From positions 124,001-188,000 of the forward strand of contig JAQGDQ010000065.1 of the NCBI GenBank assembly GCA_030141605.1: 64,000 bases of DNA, given 5' to 3'. The stretch is from Tubiluchus corallicola. Its lineage: Eukaryota > Animalia > Priapulida. The notes below the pieces were generated by a model, which was not told the DNA's origin, made no database searches, and worked only from the letters and a program-made list of their open reading frames with translations. This document shows, piece by piece, positions 49,525-63,960 of the stretch; positions within the stretch are counted from its first letter, which is position 1, and each line of letters opens with the position of its first letter. Both the position numbers and the translations under genes were made by a program.

Positions 49525-52500
49525 TATTCTAGGAATAGTTTTAGTAATTTACCTCATGTAAAATGTAAACACGTTGGATGAGAATATACAGTATAGTCTG
49601 TACTTGTTTACCATGAAGCTGTATTCTAACACTCATCTTTGCTGTAATGGTAATTTGGAATTTTTGGTTGTGTAGGTTCATCTAGCACCACTTTGCCCTG
49701 TAACAGTGAACGGGTTTTGGTTGACAATTTGCACAATAAATATTATTATTATAAATTCGCAAGGACATGTAATAATGATGCAGTGCTTACGTAGGTGCAG
49801 TATATTTTCTGGTGGTGCTAACAGGAATCCAGTTATATAATGTGCAATATTCCAGAAAAATTTGCAAAGTGGAAATAAACAAAAAAAATGTATTTCATCA
49901 CTTAAAAATTCATCAGTTGCTTTTTTCCGCAATTTTTCATCTTGCCTTGATCTTTGTAAGAAATGATGTTTCTTTTCTTGGTTGAGAAATCTCGTAGTCC
50001 TCTAGTAGCAATGGGTGTTGGTTTGTAAATAGACACACAGAAAAGTGGCATTGTGCTTAAAATATGTGGAAAGGTGTTGGCTTTTTGAAGTGGAAGTCCA
50101 TTTAAACTTCCAACAACTGGGGGGGGGGAGTTTTTGCAGTTGACTGTCAAATATTTTCTCTGCCTTTGTCCAAGTTTTAAATACCGTACTGCAAATGATT
50201 GTGATTACACCCACCCTTACTCCTAGCTAACATGTTTTTGTTCCACATTTTGATATTTTTCAATTATTTAGTTATGTACTTTTATGCATTACAGTATTAA
50301 CTTAGTTTATGCATTGCAGTATTTAGTGTTTTGTATTGGTTTTTATATGTATTATACATTATTTATACTACCCCTATATCTCCAGGTAGTGTAACTAGTA
50401 ACGTGGTTTGACGATAGTAGCCAAAATTTGCATTTTTTTAACTTCTAGTTCAAATCAGGTGGATTCATATAGAAATATATTTGAAACTTTAGCACAAAAT
50501 AGTTTTTGATGAGTTGCATGAATCAGAGTCAGGTATATAAACTGCACATGTGTATCTGAGTAAGCTGTTAAAACTTATTTAGCTCATGATTTGAAATTGT
50601 AATGGAGCTTTGGCCAGGAGGCATATCCTTTGGACCGCCTGATTATTTATTCCAACTTTTTTCGTGCCTTGACTGCAACAATTTTACAGCCCTTTACAGA
50701 TATTGGCATTTAATGTAAATGATTGTGTCTTTTGTATGTAGCGAATTTGTATTAATGCGTTAACTTGTACATTTTTAAGAGTCTTTGAAGCTTAGAATTT
50801 TTATGACAGTTTGTGCACCTAACTGCAATTTGTAAATATTGATGGTTGCTATAAAATTTATTCTGTATATTTTTCACGTGAACTCAACCTAAAATACTGC
50901 ATTTTTTGTTATATTAAATTTATTCATTATCTTCTTGGATTAACTGATGAGGTTAGTTCTGAGAAGTTGCATTAAACTAGTTAGTCAAAATTAAAACACT
51001 GTGAAATGAAATTGCTACAGACACATTACAATTTATAATTTTGTGACAGTCAGCACATTAGCTCATCAGTTTACTCTTAATACATCATTATGGTTCCTTA
51101 AACCCTAGAATTAACCAAGATTGTCAAATGTATGTGATTTTTATTTAAAGTGAACTGCAATAGTTTTTCTCAATCCCTTTTTCAGCTTACATATAGCTCA
51201 ATGATGGTTTCAGCTAGCTCATTGTTTGGTAAGCTGCAAAAAATTGGTATTGTTTGGTATAGCTACTAATTTGACAAAGATTCTGTTTAAACAGTTACTG
51301 AGGAAAAATACAACAGTAGCTACTTTAACTTTCCGTTCTAGTAAGGATATTGAATTTCAATATTTAAGACCTTACGCATAGGTACAGTTTGTTTTCATGT
51401 ACAGTCCTTTTAAAAATGTAAAAAAAAGTTCATACAAACCAGTTCAGATCAACTGCCTTTAAAATCTCCTTTCCTAATCTGTTTTTCTTTTTCGAATAAA
51501 TCAGACACTGTGCTCGGTGAAAATTAAAAGTAAGAGAATCAAATGAGTTCAAATTACTTGTGTTGTTTTGCAGTTGGTGCGCATAAATGCGACCATTTCA
51601 TACTTAAAATTAGCCAGATACTACGATTAGAAACTTTATTGTTGCCTTTATGCTGCTGTGCAAGTTATTGCATAGAATATTTTAGTTATTAATAGAATTT
51701 GTTACCACATTTCATAACAGTTGATGACTCCACTAAACAAAAATTAATGGTTTAGTTAATGCAATTAAAGATTTAATTTTTGTGTCATGGAACCACAGTG
51801 TTTCACGTATTACTGTGTACAAGGAAGTCAATTTATAGTGAGAAAGTAGTGTAAGTAACATTAATATTGTGTAGCGATGCTACTTGCTTTCAGTATGACT
51901 AAGAATTTATTTTTTGCTGCTACGCGTGAAGAATAAAGCCAAGGCTTCACTAAAATTTACTAATGCATTAAATTTTGGTAACCAAACATTGAACTAGATT
52001 TTCTCATCTCTTCATTCATTCACTAAAAAACATTCACACTTAATACCTATTTAGCACTTTCATTATTGAGTATTAAAACCATTTCACATTCATCTAGAAA
52101 GTCATTTACAAGTTACAAAGACATTTCCCAAACAATATACCTACCTGGTGTCATAATGTAAAAAGAGACAAAGTTCATATAAAGGACTTGTACTGCCTAA
52201 CGCATATAGGTTGGTTCCACTTGTCTGTATCTATGACAAACTGGATGCATTACTAATAGCATAGTTCAGTATCCACTACATTTGATTAAAAAATTAAATG
52301 AAGTTGGTGTGAAAACTTTTTTGATAGTATACAAAAATGTTTTCAAAACTCAAATTATAATTAGTAAACTGTAAATAGAAAATTTCAAAATAAAGAAAAA
52401 ATACGACATTTCAATCATATTTTCATTCATTTCATTCTGTTTTTTTATTTACTGCTTCAATTCTTGTCAATAAGAATCATATTCATGTTACAATCATCTT

Positions 52501-52915
52501 TTTTCCACATCTCTCTGCAAACTGATAAAATTTCTATGATTCGTTTAAAGTTGTCTTGTGTCTTAAAAACCAGTCACAGTTTTATCTGTCAAAGGAAACA
52601 AAATAGCTGCAGGGATTTAAACAAAAAGTTTGATGTGTGACATCAGATTCAATGATTGAAAAATACTATTAAATGTCACAGTATTAATAAATCATTTAAT
52701 CCTGATTGAGGTTAAAAATGATGTATGTCAACTATTGTCACCACTTACTGAGCTATACAAACACCATGTGTATAGTGTACAACCAAAAAATTTGTTAAAA
52801 TAATTCAGGAACGTACTATCAGACCAAATCACTTTATACATATATACATGTAAAATGTACATATATAGTAAAAAAAGCTTTATACAGAATTCCTTATGCT
52901 AGAGTTGTAGTTCGT

Positions 52916-55900
52916 CTACTTTCGCCATCTGCAATGAAAAGAAATAAAAAGGTCAGAATACAGTAAAGTTTTGCACTTGCATACAGAAGAAATGACAAAT
53001 TAATATAAGTACTTAAGTATTGGCAGATACACAATTTAACATGTTAAATAAAGCAACCTTTTTACACTTACAATTTTAACACTTTGTCCTTGCCACCACT
53101 GACCACTCGCTGACCATCAGGACTCCAGTCTATTGCGTAAACCTCGTCGGCATGTCCTGGTAGGTCAAGCATGAGCTTTCGGTTTTTTACATCCCAAACT
53201 TTGAGTGTAGAGTCTGCGCTGCCGCTACACAGCAAGCGACTGTCAGCTGACCATGCCACCTGGTAGACGGCTTGAACATGTCCGCGAAGCGATGCAATAT
53301 ACCTGCAAAAACATAAATTTTGCTGTGAATTGAAAAATTGCAAGTTCAATGATAATTACACCCAAATCCCACTAAAGTGATTTTGCATGCAACAAAGTTT
53401 GTTTTGTCATACCACATTATGTGCATGTTTATTAAAGTTTTGTGACCTTTCATTTCACACATGCAACACAACTGTATAAATTCAAGCTAAGAAACAAGTT
53501 GCCATACAGAGCAAAGACGTTAGTCATTACAAATCGGCTTTTATTTGGTAGAAATAACCCATTACATTAATTTTTCTTAAGAGATTAAGAGTTAAGCACA
53601 TTAATTAAGTCGAAAAATCATTACAAGTTTTTCTGCATAACACAGGGCTTCAGTGGTGATAACAATAGATATATATATATAAAGTCTAATGTTTAACTGT
53701 CTAAAATAAACCTTAGATAATGCAAGACTATAATAATAATAATAATAACTTCGCTTAGGACATAGTCCAAGGATAACATCTTAAGTAACTCAATACTTAT
53801 TTCTAATGTGGTTCCGCATGCTTGATCTAAGAACCAGTGGTACCATTTTTCAAGTTTTTGGTATGACTCGGTCCAGAGTTGAACCCACGACCTCCTGGGT
53901 TATAAGCGAGCACGCTACCATTGAGCTATGCCACGAAGTCCTATATCCACACTCAGTAACAAACCTTATTTCAAGATAACCCATACTTTAGAAATCACGT
54001 TGCAAGAGTGCTAATTTAAATAAAAATATATTGAGGGATTTCACGAAAGGGTCATAAGGGTCACAAAAGGTTATAAGTGATACTACTCAGTTCTGTAACA
54101 AATATGAGCAAATATGCAAGTTTTTTATAAGCTTGGTAGGTATTTTTCAAAATCAATGCAGTACTGGAGTTACATTAAAAGTCAAACTGTATTACAAAGA
54201 TTCAAATGTATAAACTTTTTTAAATCAAATATTGAAAAACCTATATGACTAAACTTGGGAATGATTCTGTTGTCTATTGTAACAATGAAGGTCCATTGTT
54301 ATCATCATCATCCTCATCATTATTATTATCATGATACAGTGATAATGATAAAAATTGGTTTTATTTAAAAGTTGTTAAAAAAGCACAACATTTTCTACAT
54401 ACTTTCCTGTTTTACCATTCCAGAGTTTAACTGATTTATCAAACGATGCACTAGCAATCACTCTGCAGTCTGGTGAAAACTTCACATCATTAATCAGCTG
54501 CTGATGGCCTGTCATTCGTGCTAATGGCTTGGTCTCTTTTTCTGGTTGCCATAGAAACATTGTAAAATCATCAGATCCTGAGACTAAGCATTCAGGCTGA
54601 TCACCCTGTAAGATGGTCCATATTTAAAGTGGCTGTCAAGTAGTTGTGGTTGGGCCCACAATTTCCTCTATCACGGTGCAATATAAGGTATAACATAAGT
54701 CCGAAATCCACAAACAAAATAAACATTCAATGCTGACATTGATGGTAACTACACACAAAGAGAATGGAGAGCTAATTATAGAGTCTTTCTTAGTCTTTTC
54801 TGTTTCCTTTTCTGATTCTGGTTAAATGGCTTGTTTACTTGATTTTGTGGAGAACAGAGTTAGAAAGAAAGTAGATTAAGAAAGGTTCTACAGTTAGCCC
54901 TCATTTCTATAAATTAATCTAAAGTGGATACCTTTGCATAGTCATATCTTTCTTGAGATAATCTTTTTAATTCTTCTAATGATCCTTTCATGGTTTGTGG
55001 AACGACTTGTGATTTTGCAGGATCAAATGCTCCTGTTCTCATCACGTAATCTGTGTTCAGGGCTAAAGTGTTGACCCAGTGTCCATGGCCATGCAATGTT
55101 CTACACAATACTCCCTACGCTCACAAAAAATGCATACAAGAGATGATTTCAAGACATTATTCTAATTTTTGTCAAAATTTTCAATAAAATGTCCTATTAT
55201 AAAGCAGTAATATTTAGCTTCGAACAGTTTTTACACTGTTGGAATTAAAGTACTAGCTTTATTAAACTAGAACTTGAATGAGAAAAGCAAGCAAATGAAG
55301 CAAGTGCATATATATATACATATCGAAAAATAACATATTGTGCAGACATTTATAATCACCTGTTTTGTTCCCTGCTACAGCAGTTTTTTTTTCATAATTA
55401 ATTTGTTGTATCATTATAAAATAACAACAAATATGATTTATGTGAAAGAGTGGCAAAGCTATGTGCACTGCTCAATCATTAATGATGTTTTTGCACAAAT
55501 TGCCCAACTCCACGTAAGTTTCTCTTTTATCATTAGCAATAATTCAGTATATTGTATCGTTATTGCCAAATTTGTATCTACTAGCACCTTTCAAATGATT
55601 GGGTGACCATGGTGGTATGGATAACAATCAATGAGAAGAACAGAAAACGAAAATATCTCAGCTTATGTAAAACAATGCAATAGACTTTCCTCTGTAGTTC
55701 ATCCAAAAAGACCAGAAGCTCTGGATTGTCAAAGATCTGATCTTAAATTACATAAGGGAGTGATTGAGAAAGCGCTTAAGTTAAAGACATACGTCTTCAG
55801 CTCTCCAGACTTTCACTGTTCTATCATGCGAGGACGTGTACAAGAGACCAGTTCCACCCCATTTCACACAAGTAACACTCTGTAGATGACCAGATAAAGT

Positions 55901-58900
55901 TACTAAACAGGTTCCTAGCAACACATTCCAGATCTTTACTGTGCAGTCCTAAAAATGTATAACAGTTTTTTATTAGTATTTATATTTTGCCCGACAATAG
56001 AAGTATAGGAAAAGATACAGTTCCTTTTTTTATAGTTTCAACATAAACTAAAAGGAGCATTTGATAGAATGTACAAGGAAAGTGATAAACAATCGTTCTA
56101 GTAAATAGATATAATGTTAAAAATAACATGTTAGAGGTAAAGCACTGATGTGATTTCTTTAAAAGATTATACAAAAATACCTTCAAAATAATATATATTG
56201 TCTTCTATCATTTGCCTGGATCAATAGAGGAAACCAGGGCAATATCACAACAAATGGTATTGAGTACTGGCACTTCTGAATTGCCAAAAAACACCTTAGC
56301 ATTTCATTAGAAAGCTATTCAACAAGAAATTTAGATCAAGTACTCACTGTTGAAAAACGTGTACCTTAGATGAACTAGCTATCCTCCGACATTCTGAATT
56401 AAGGTGCAGGGGTTCCCAACACAACCACGTGATCCATTGTTTGTGTCCTTTAAGTGTCCGACCAACTTGCTTCCCTGAATGTGGATCCCAAATAATTACC
56501 TACATAAGTATAATAAAAATAATTTCCCAGACACTTACTCTGAACTCACAGATGCGACATCATATTTTACAAAAATTTTATTCTGGGATTTTTTTATTAA
56601 AGACACTGATTAACAAACAAAGAAAAGATTGCTTTTCAAGTTGTGCAAGAAATGTAATTGTTTTCAATGGGCTACACACAGACTTGAATCAAATGTTTCC
56701 ATGTACAAAAGTCGAACATCTGAATTCAAACATCAAACTACCACTAAGTATTGTTTGATAGATAATCCCAAACCAATCACTGACTTGCAATTGTCTGGGC
56801 AAATCTTGTTGGTACATTTTTGGTTTGAATATGTTCACTTTTTGAAAAATCAGGCAGATACTAGCCAGAAAATAACTTTAATAATAAAATAAGCAACCCC
56901 TGGTCTGGATAGTAAATGAAATGGTGACTGCCAGGAACATGACTACCAGTGCACAGATGACCAAACATTCTTTATTTGAATAAAATTAAAACAATAAAAT
57001 TAAAATAACAAACGTAAAATGTTCAAGACAAGATATGCAGAAGACCTTATGTAAAGTTTACTGCATCTTACACAGGAACAGAAAGACATAAATCCATTCA
57101 ATAGTCACACAAATTGCAAAAGAAAAAATGTCAAATAAAATAATAGTAATACTAATAAATATATCTCCTATATGACTGTTGTATAAATGCATCTGAGCAT
57201 ATCTAAGACAATTGTCTACCAGAAAATTGTCTCACCTTATGAACTATCCTTGATCACAAGAAAAGTCCAAGTTTAGAAATAATCATTTGCATTAAGTAGT
57301 CCTTGCCCACAAATATTAGATTCCGACATGCACAGTGTCAAAATGCATAAAAAAGCATATTATGTCAAAGCACAGTAAGTGTGTATGAATAAATGTAAAC
57401 TAACTTGACTATTTTTGCAACCAGAAGCTAACTTTTTTCCATCTGGAGACCAGGCTATACTCAAGACCCAATGCTTGTGACCTGTAATGAAAATAATAAA
57501 AATTCAAGTTTGTAACATACAAAAGGACCTCTTTATCCTCTATCCACAGTAGCAGAGCTACTAACAGTTTATACGCTTACTCTAATCATTATATTGTTTC
57601 CTGTTATGGGACGTTACGTTGAAATAATGCACTCGTTATGCACTTTGAAATAAACTTATGCTATGATTTATGACTTACAGTATATCAACATACTGTAAGG
57701 TTACAAAGTACAACATTAAAGCAAGAAAAAATATGCTTACAAAATATTATAAACATGTAAAATGTAATATCTAGAAGGAAGAAAAGACAGAAGACAGCTT
57801 CAGGAATTAAGCGTGTGTGATCAAATAAAAATCTTTATTTGATCTCCTAGTTCATTGCTAGTTATATCATCAAAAAACAGCCCAGGTCAGGGGAAACATG
57901 CTACCTTTGCAAGTAAAATGTGGTGTTTCTGTGTTGATATCCCAGAATCGTACTGTCTTATCTCCAGACCCGCTAGCTAGATGCGATCCAGTAGGACTAA
58001 AAGCTACTGATATCACAGCTTCTGCATGACCTTCTATGGTACTTGTGCAACGTGTGACTGCTTGAACTCTATAAGAAAAAAATGGGAAGACTGGTGACAC
58101 GACTGCTGGGTCTGACGAGTGGTATACCAGTGACAGGTGTTAACTGCATTGGTCATTGCATGGTGATAGAGATCATATTAACAATACTCCAACAATTTCG
58201 GTTTACATTTTTCTGGTGCTGTTGCAATTAATAATGTTCAACATTTGTTCTAACCAAAACTGCTAGAAGCATCTGATAGACATGTATTATCCTATATAAA
58301 TCTGTAACTTTTTTGAAAATGTTCAATCTGGAGTGATGTTATAGTTTGTAACAAACTATATATATCTTTACAACTACAATATACGATAATAAATTAGAAT
58401 AGAAATGTTTTTATTTAAAAATTGATGAAGAAATTACTATTTTTAACGGTTTCTTTATACTTATTGCTAGCTGTAATGCAGCTCATTACAACAGACAACC
58501 TCGCAACTACTAGATGCAAATACAAGCCCTATGTAGTCCTATACAAGCCATAGATAAGAAAATGATGTAAAACATCCAGGCCTAAACACATAATTAACCC
58601 TTTCACTATGTAGTTGCTTTTTAACAGGGCCGTATTGGCTTTTGCACATCTGGCAATAACTTCTTGTGGTGTGTTACTAAAACAGAATCTTGTAATTTGT
58701 TATTAAACACTAATATTGAATATTTATTTTATCTATACAGATGCACACACATTCACGCACACATATATGCACTCATGCATGCACACACATGCACACACAC
58801 CCACACACACATAATTATATTTAGAAGCAAATTTTCACAAAAGTCAATATTACTAATCCATAATATGTATTATGTATGTAGTGTATTATCCATAATACAC

Positions 58901-60228
58901 TACAATTTTAAAAGAATGCCAGAACCACAAGTGACTAAACACGTTTCACCAAGCGATTTAACTTGAGAACGTACAATACAGTACAGTATTATGAAATGCA
59001 CCTGGCTTCAGATGCTGATTGGCTAGTTAGCGTTACTTGTTGCAAAGCAACGACAATCCCACGTCTGTTAAACTTTTCTGCAATGTTTTTGCATGGCCGT
59101 AGCAAATAAATAAACAGACCTGGGTAACTGCGCTTAATGCTGAGCTCAGACGGCAGTCTGCCACTTTCCGTCCCTTACAAGAAAAACATAAGTAGCAGTG
59201 TGCCGCCTTCCGTAGTGAAAAGGTTAACCTGCCAACTTATTTCATAATAGCATGTGTTTATATGCAATAGATACAGCTTTCCCAACATTAATTTAAATTT
59301 TTGTATCATGCAATATATTTTTGAATTTCAAAGTTACAAGTCACATCACAATTTAAGTGACTGTGAATTGCAAAGTGAGCTAATTCTTATCCCTTTTCTT
59401 ATCAGCAATGTGCACTATCTTTGCTGCTATTTTGTACAGTCTCTTCTGAAAATACTACTAAAATGTACTTAATCAAATTAATTGCAATTTTTCATCATAA
59501 ATGCATACCACAATGTATTATAATTATGTATCATTTTAGCAGGGAGCCGAAAAGCAGTTGTTTAACATTTATAAAAAGCACTAGACATTTATAGAGACTA
59601 AAAGATCCAAATTAAGTGTGGAACTTGAAAGTTGAAAGTCCTATTGGAATTGATCATATATAAAATTCTAGTCTAAACATAGTCAACAATGGCAATGCAC
59701 ATGGCTATTTGCACCAATAACAATTACTTGAATACAGCTTGAGGCTGATAGATGATATCAATCGCTTTCTCTGTTTCGATTTCAGCATCCCCCAGGGCAT
59801 CTTTCAAACTCCCGATGATTTCTTGATCAGTCACAAAAAAACTATATGGAATGGCTTCCTCCTAAAAAAAGAAACCACTTTATTCAAGTGAAATTGCACT
59901 ATGTTCAAGTGAAGGCATTTGCTGTCAATAGAGTTCTTCTAGTAAGTTTTAGCTTAACCACTTCAGTGTATTCCAGCTAAGGGTCGTTTTAACTGATATA
60001 TTCTAAAGAAATCAAAGTATTACCTCTAATGGCAAATGTTATATATACCTACTATTCGACATATTATTTCGAAATAAAAGTTTTCCATACCGTGTGCAAA
60101 AGTGCATTACAGATCAGCTGCAATTTTTCAGCATCAATGTCAATTGGAAGATCAAAAGGAGCGCCAGCTAGTTCACCAGACTCGCTCTTCAACTGTGCAA
60201 GAAGTCGTTCAGGTTGTTCTTTATCCAT
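52916..60228 (-). CDS. NLE1: Notchless protein homolog 1 (Rsa4 orthologue; NLE domain plus WD40 repeats), about 477 aa
   Basis: In-phase exons 60228-60091, 59861-59728 (IIYQPQAVF), 58068-57905, 57481-57405, 56499-56365, 55948-55793, 55114-54932 ([20 protein letters not shown]), 54605-54403 ([20 protein letters not shown]), 53302-53072 ([15 protein letters not shown]), 52928-52916 (WRK*). 1434 nt total. An acceptor at ~60262 suggests a 5'-UTR intron. Confidence 0.96.
53729..53934 (-). mobile_element. tRNA-derived SINE with (TTA)n tail
   Basis: Minus strand: A box GGCATAGCTCAATGG, B box GGTTCAACTC, body GAGTCATACCAAAAACTTGAAAAATGGTACC, tail TTATTATTATTA. Confidence 0.85.
58598..59223. mobile_element. 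piggyBac-type non-autonomous element
   Basis: TTAA|CCCTTTCACTATG ... CGTAGTGAAAAGG|TTAA (TTAA TSD at 58594-58597 and 59224-59227); contains a (CA)-rich tract. Confidence 0.88.
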
Positions 60229-60489
60229 AGCAATGTCACACACTTCACTGTTTTATGAAATCTGAAATTAAAACAAATAAAGCCATTGTTCCACTTGAAA
60301 TAATAGTGATTCTGAGAATCTCCTGTGACAAGAAGCAGGTGTATTGAGTCTGAATTGACTCATTTATGACAAAAAATGACAAGTTTAAACAAAAAAGCCT
60401 GCTTAATGAAAGTGCAATTCTTTATTTGTCTTAATAAAAATAAAATCTTTCATTTGTTGTATATAACACTGCAACAATTGGAGCATGGG

Positions 60490-60660
60490 AGAACTTATCT
60501 CAAACAAGCAAATTAATGATTGACTCAGAAAAGATTTTATAAGACGAGTGAAGTAAAACATTAGGGGTAACAGTCGACAATAAACTAACTTTTGACAGAC
60601 ATGTAAATGAAACGAGGAAGAAAGATAGCACTGCTAGTCTCTGATACAAAACAAGTGTCG
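60490..60660 (+). mobile_element. Short CR1/L2-type RT C-terminal fragment
   Basis: Reads KTLGVTVDNKLTFDRHVNETRKK. Confidence 0.6.
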
Positions 60661-60879
60661 AATTTACAATGGAGTTAAGATTGCCAGCAATAACTAACTT
60701 ATTTAAGAATAGAAATAGAAACAACTAGAAACAAACTTGAATTGATATGCGGACTTCCGCATCTGTATAGCTTCATGTCATCTGAGGAAACGGACATAAT
60801 AAAGCAATATGAAATAGCAGATTCTTAATTTTGTTTCTAGACTGATGCTCTTACTCTCAAAATCTTTTGTTAATTTGTT

Positions 60880-61780
60880 CATTTCATTTAGTCTTTTGTG
60901 AATATGTTTCAGAATACAATTTCTTTTTTCCTCAGTTCATCGTATTCAGTTAGATCTTTGGATTGAAGTGTTTTTTCTTTCACTTGCTTTTGGCTCAGGG
61001 ATAATTTAGCAATTTGTTCATCATTTGATTTTTTCCCTTTTTTTCATCCAATGTTCTTTGTATCCAATGTTTTTGGAAGCAGCAGTCTTCATTGATTTTT
61101 TTCAAATGTTCCCATTGTGGAGCTGTATTAGTTTCAAAGTACTCTTCACTTAAATTTTCATTAAGCTTGGTCTGATAATTGTTTGGAAAGCCCGAAACTT
61201 TTAATTCTGTACACCTAGTGTCTTGCTTGATGTTTTTTGTGCCTCATATTCATTCAAATTATTGACATCTTTGTCATTACTAATGAATGGTTCATGTCTG
61301 TAAATGTGCCAGAATATGGTCGTGAGTTGGTTACTAGTCTCATATGTAATTTCATGACTACTATGAAGTCGATTCGATTTCTGATGGGATTTTTCTTGGT
61401 TGGCCATTCCATGATTTTTTATACTTATGTGTCATTTGCCAAATTGTTACGTTTGCATATTTGTGGTGGAATACCGTGTTACTTGCAATCAGGCTTTTGG
61501 TTACTATAGTTTCTGCCATTTGTATTCTCTTATCAAGATATCAAAAGATATATGCAGATTATCAAAATATGGGTTTTTGGTACAATATTTATATAGATGT
61601 CAAGCTCATCATAGAAATTTTCTCTTACTTTCGTATCTTTTTCACTAGCTATTAACGTTGGAGCATAGCCATGCAAAATTGTGAATTTCTTCTTGCCAAC
61701 GGAGCATCTCCCAATTTTTTTTAAATTACTGATCTCAAAATTGAAACATTCAGTAAGGAATACCTGCACAAACATATTTA
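60880..61780 (-). mobile_element. RTE-like LINE fragment (APE endonuclease region)
   Basis: FTILHGYAPT..ENFYDEL motif followed by a degenerate linker. Confidence 0.7.
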
Positions 61781-61789
61781 TAATGTTCA

Positions 61790-63960
61790 TATAAAAAACA
61801 AAATTATCCAAGATTTAAATCAATGTACTGGCCAGATTTATATTCTGCAATTAATACCGAAGATGCATACAATTCATTTCATACTAAACTTTCTGATATC
61901 TATAACAAACATATTAAAATACAGAAAAACAATAACAATCATAAAGCAGCAAAAAACCCTGGATCACTACAGCAATTTTAGAAAGTGTTAAACGGAAAAA
62001 TAAAATGTATCGTTCTCTGGTGAACAAGACAAATAATAACATATCTGAAGTAGAATACAAACGATATAGAAATGAACTTAATACAGTTATAAAAGCATCA
62101 AAATTTCAGTATTATAGGGATAGATTACACGTGTAATAATTTTATGGTCTATTTTTAAATCGTGGTTCATCTAAATTGGTTTATTTCGGGATCTAAACAG
62201 AATGTATTCTGTTTTTGATGAATTTAGTGACAGTTTATTTGTTTTGAACCATATAGCTAGATCATATAGAACTGTATTTATGTAACCAATGTTGTTTTCT
62301 AATTTATGTATTAATGACAGTTAAAAATTACATAAAAAAGACATGGGATACAATGAAAGAAATTATGAATAAAAAAAGAGAAAATCGACCCATTACGTTG
62401 TTCATAAACAGTTAATTAATTAAAAATAATGTAGAAGTGGCGAATGCTTTTAACGATTACTTTGCCAATATTGGACCAATATTATCAGAACAAATTGAAA
62501 AGACAAACTTAAATCCATATATATATACCTTAAAGGCACCTACAGACAAAGCTTTTTTATTAGTGCAGTAACAAAAAATGATATAAGGACAAAATGTTAC
62601 CTAAAGTCGTAATAGACACCATCGATTGCATTTCTAAGCCTTTGCAATATTTATTTAATTTATTGTTTCTTACACGTGAAATACCACTGAAATTGAAAGA
62701 ATCGATTATTGTTCCTTTGTTTAAATCAGATGATCCAATGTTTCTGATTATAGACCAGTGTCCTTATTGCCTTTTATATCAAAAATATTAGAAAAAGTTT
62801 TTTACAATCAGTTATCTCATTATTTAATAAAAAAAGAGTTCTGAGTAATTTGGTTTCATAAAAGGTAGCTCCACTGAAATGGCCTTAACAAAAATTATAG
62901 AAAATATGATTAATACTGTTGAAAAAAATGGCACATCCTACAGAGTATTTTGCGACCTATCAAAAGCATTTGATACAGTAAACCATGACATTCTGCTAAA
63001 TAAGTTATACTATTACGGTATCAGAGGTTTGCCTCATCTGTGGCTAAAGAATTATTTAACAGGGCGCACTCAGTAAAATATAATAACGTTTTTTCAGATG
63101 TAGCACTAGTCAAATGTGGCATGCCCCAAGGCTCAGTCCTTGGGCCACTACTTTTTCTAATTTATATTAATGACATCAAATTTTGTGTTAAAAGTCATAA
63201 TTTATTTCAGTTTGCTGATGACACAAGCATTTTTTTAGCTTTCATAAATTAGAAAACAACATTGGTTACATAAATACAGTTCTATATGATCTAGCTATAT
63301 GGTTCAAAACAAATAAATTGTCACTAAATTCATCAAAAACAAAATACATTCTGTTTAGATCCCGAAATAAACCAATTCAGATGAACCACGATTTAAAAAT
63401 AGACCATAAAAGTGTTACACGTGTAAAAGAACTGAAATTTCTGGGATTAATCCTAAAGGAGCATCTAGACTGGCAACCACATACATTCATGATCAGATTG
63501 AAAATATCAAAAAATATAGGTATTATTTCATATATTAAAAACTTCCCGAACACCGAACATCTTCTAACAATATATAACAGTTTAATATTATCATATTTAA
63601 ATTACTGCACAACATTATGGGGCTTTACTTATACTACAAATTTAGAATGCTTAAGAGTTTTACAACGAAAATTTCTACGTGTCATCTTCAAACTTAGCAA
63701 AAGGAGCACAATTACTTCTACACATTTTAAGCAATGTCAGATACTACTACTGGATGATGTTATTCATTTAAATGGATGTATATATATATATATATGTATA
63801 AAACCAATAACAACTTATTTCCAACTTTTTTTGAAATCCAGTCAAGATAAATGTAAAAAGATACAATACCAGACATAATGAATATATACCAAGACGTTGT
63901 AGAACAAATGTGGCAAAACATTTCATTAGCTATATGGGACCAGTCCTATGGAATAGAGTA
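61790..63960 (+). mobile_element. CR1/L2-group LINE, 5'-truncated and frameshifted, related to the 33980-37950 element
   Basis: AFNDYFANIGP, CDLSKAFDTVNH, YYGIRG, GMPQGSVLGPLLFLIYIND, QFADDT, KFLGL, LNYCTTLWG; apparent foreign insert at ~62130-62325. Confidence 0.9.

Noticed and set aside
53865-53934. Apparent tRNA gene
   Set aside because: Acceptor and anticodon stems do not pair, and the sequence continues into a SINE body and tail.
54606-54931. Possible U12-type intron (donor GTATCCAC); similarly GTATTCTT at 8061
   Set aside because: Both deviate from RTATCCTT and there is no TCCTTAAC branch site; treated as U2 introns.
58095-58145. Hammerhead-like CTGACGA followed by a TGGTA/TACCA stem
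   Set aside because: The required GAAA after stem II is absent (GTGAC instead) and I see no convincing stems I or III.
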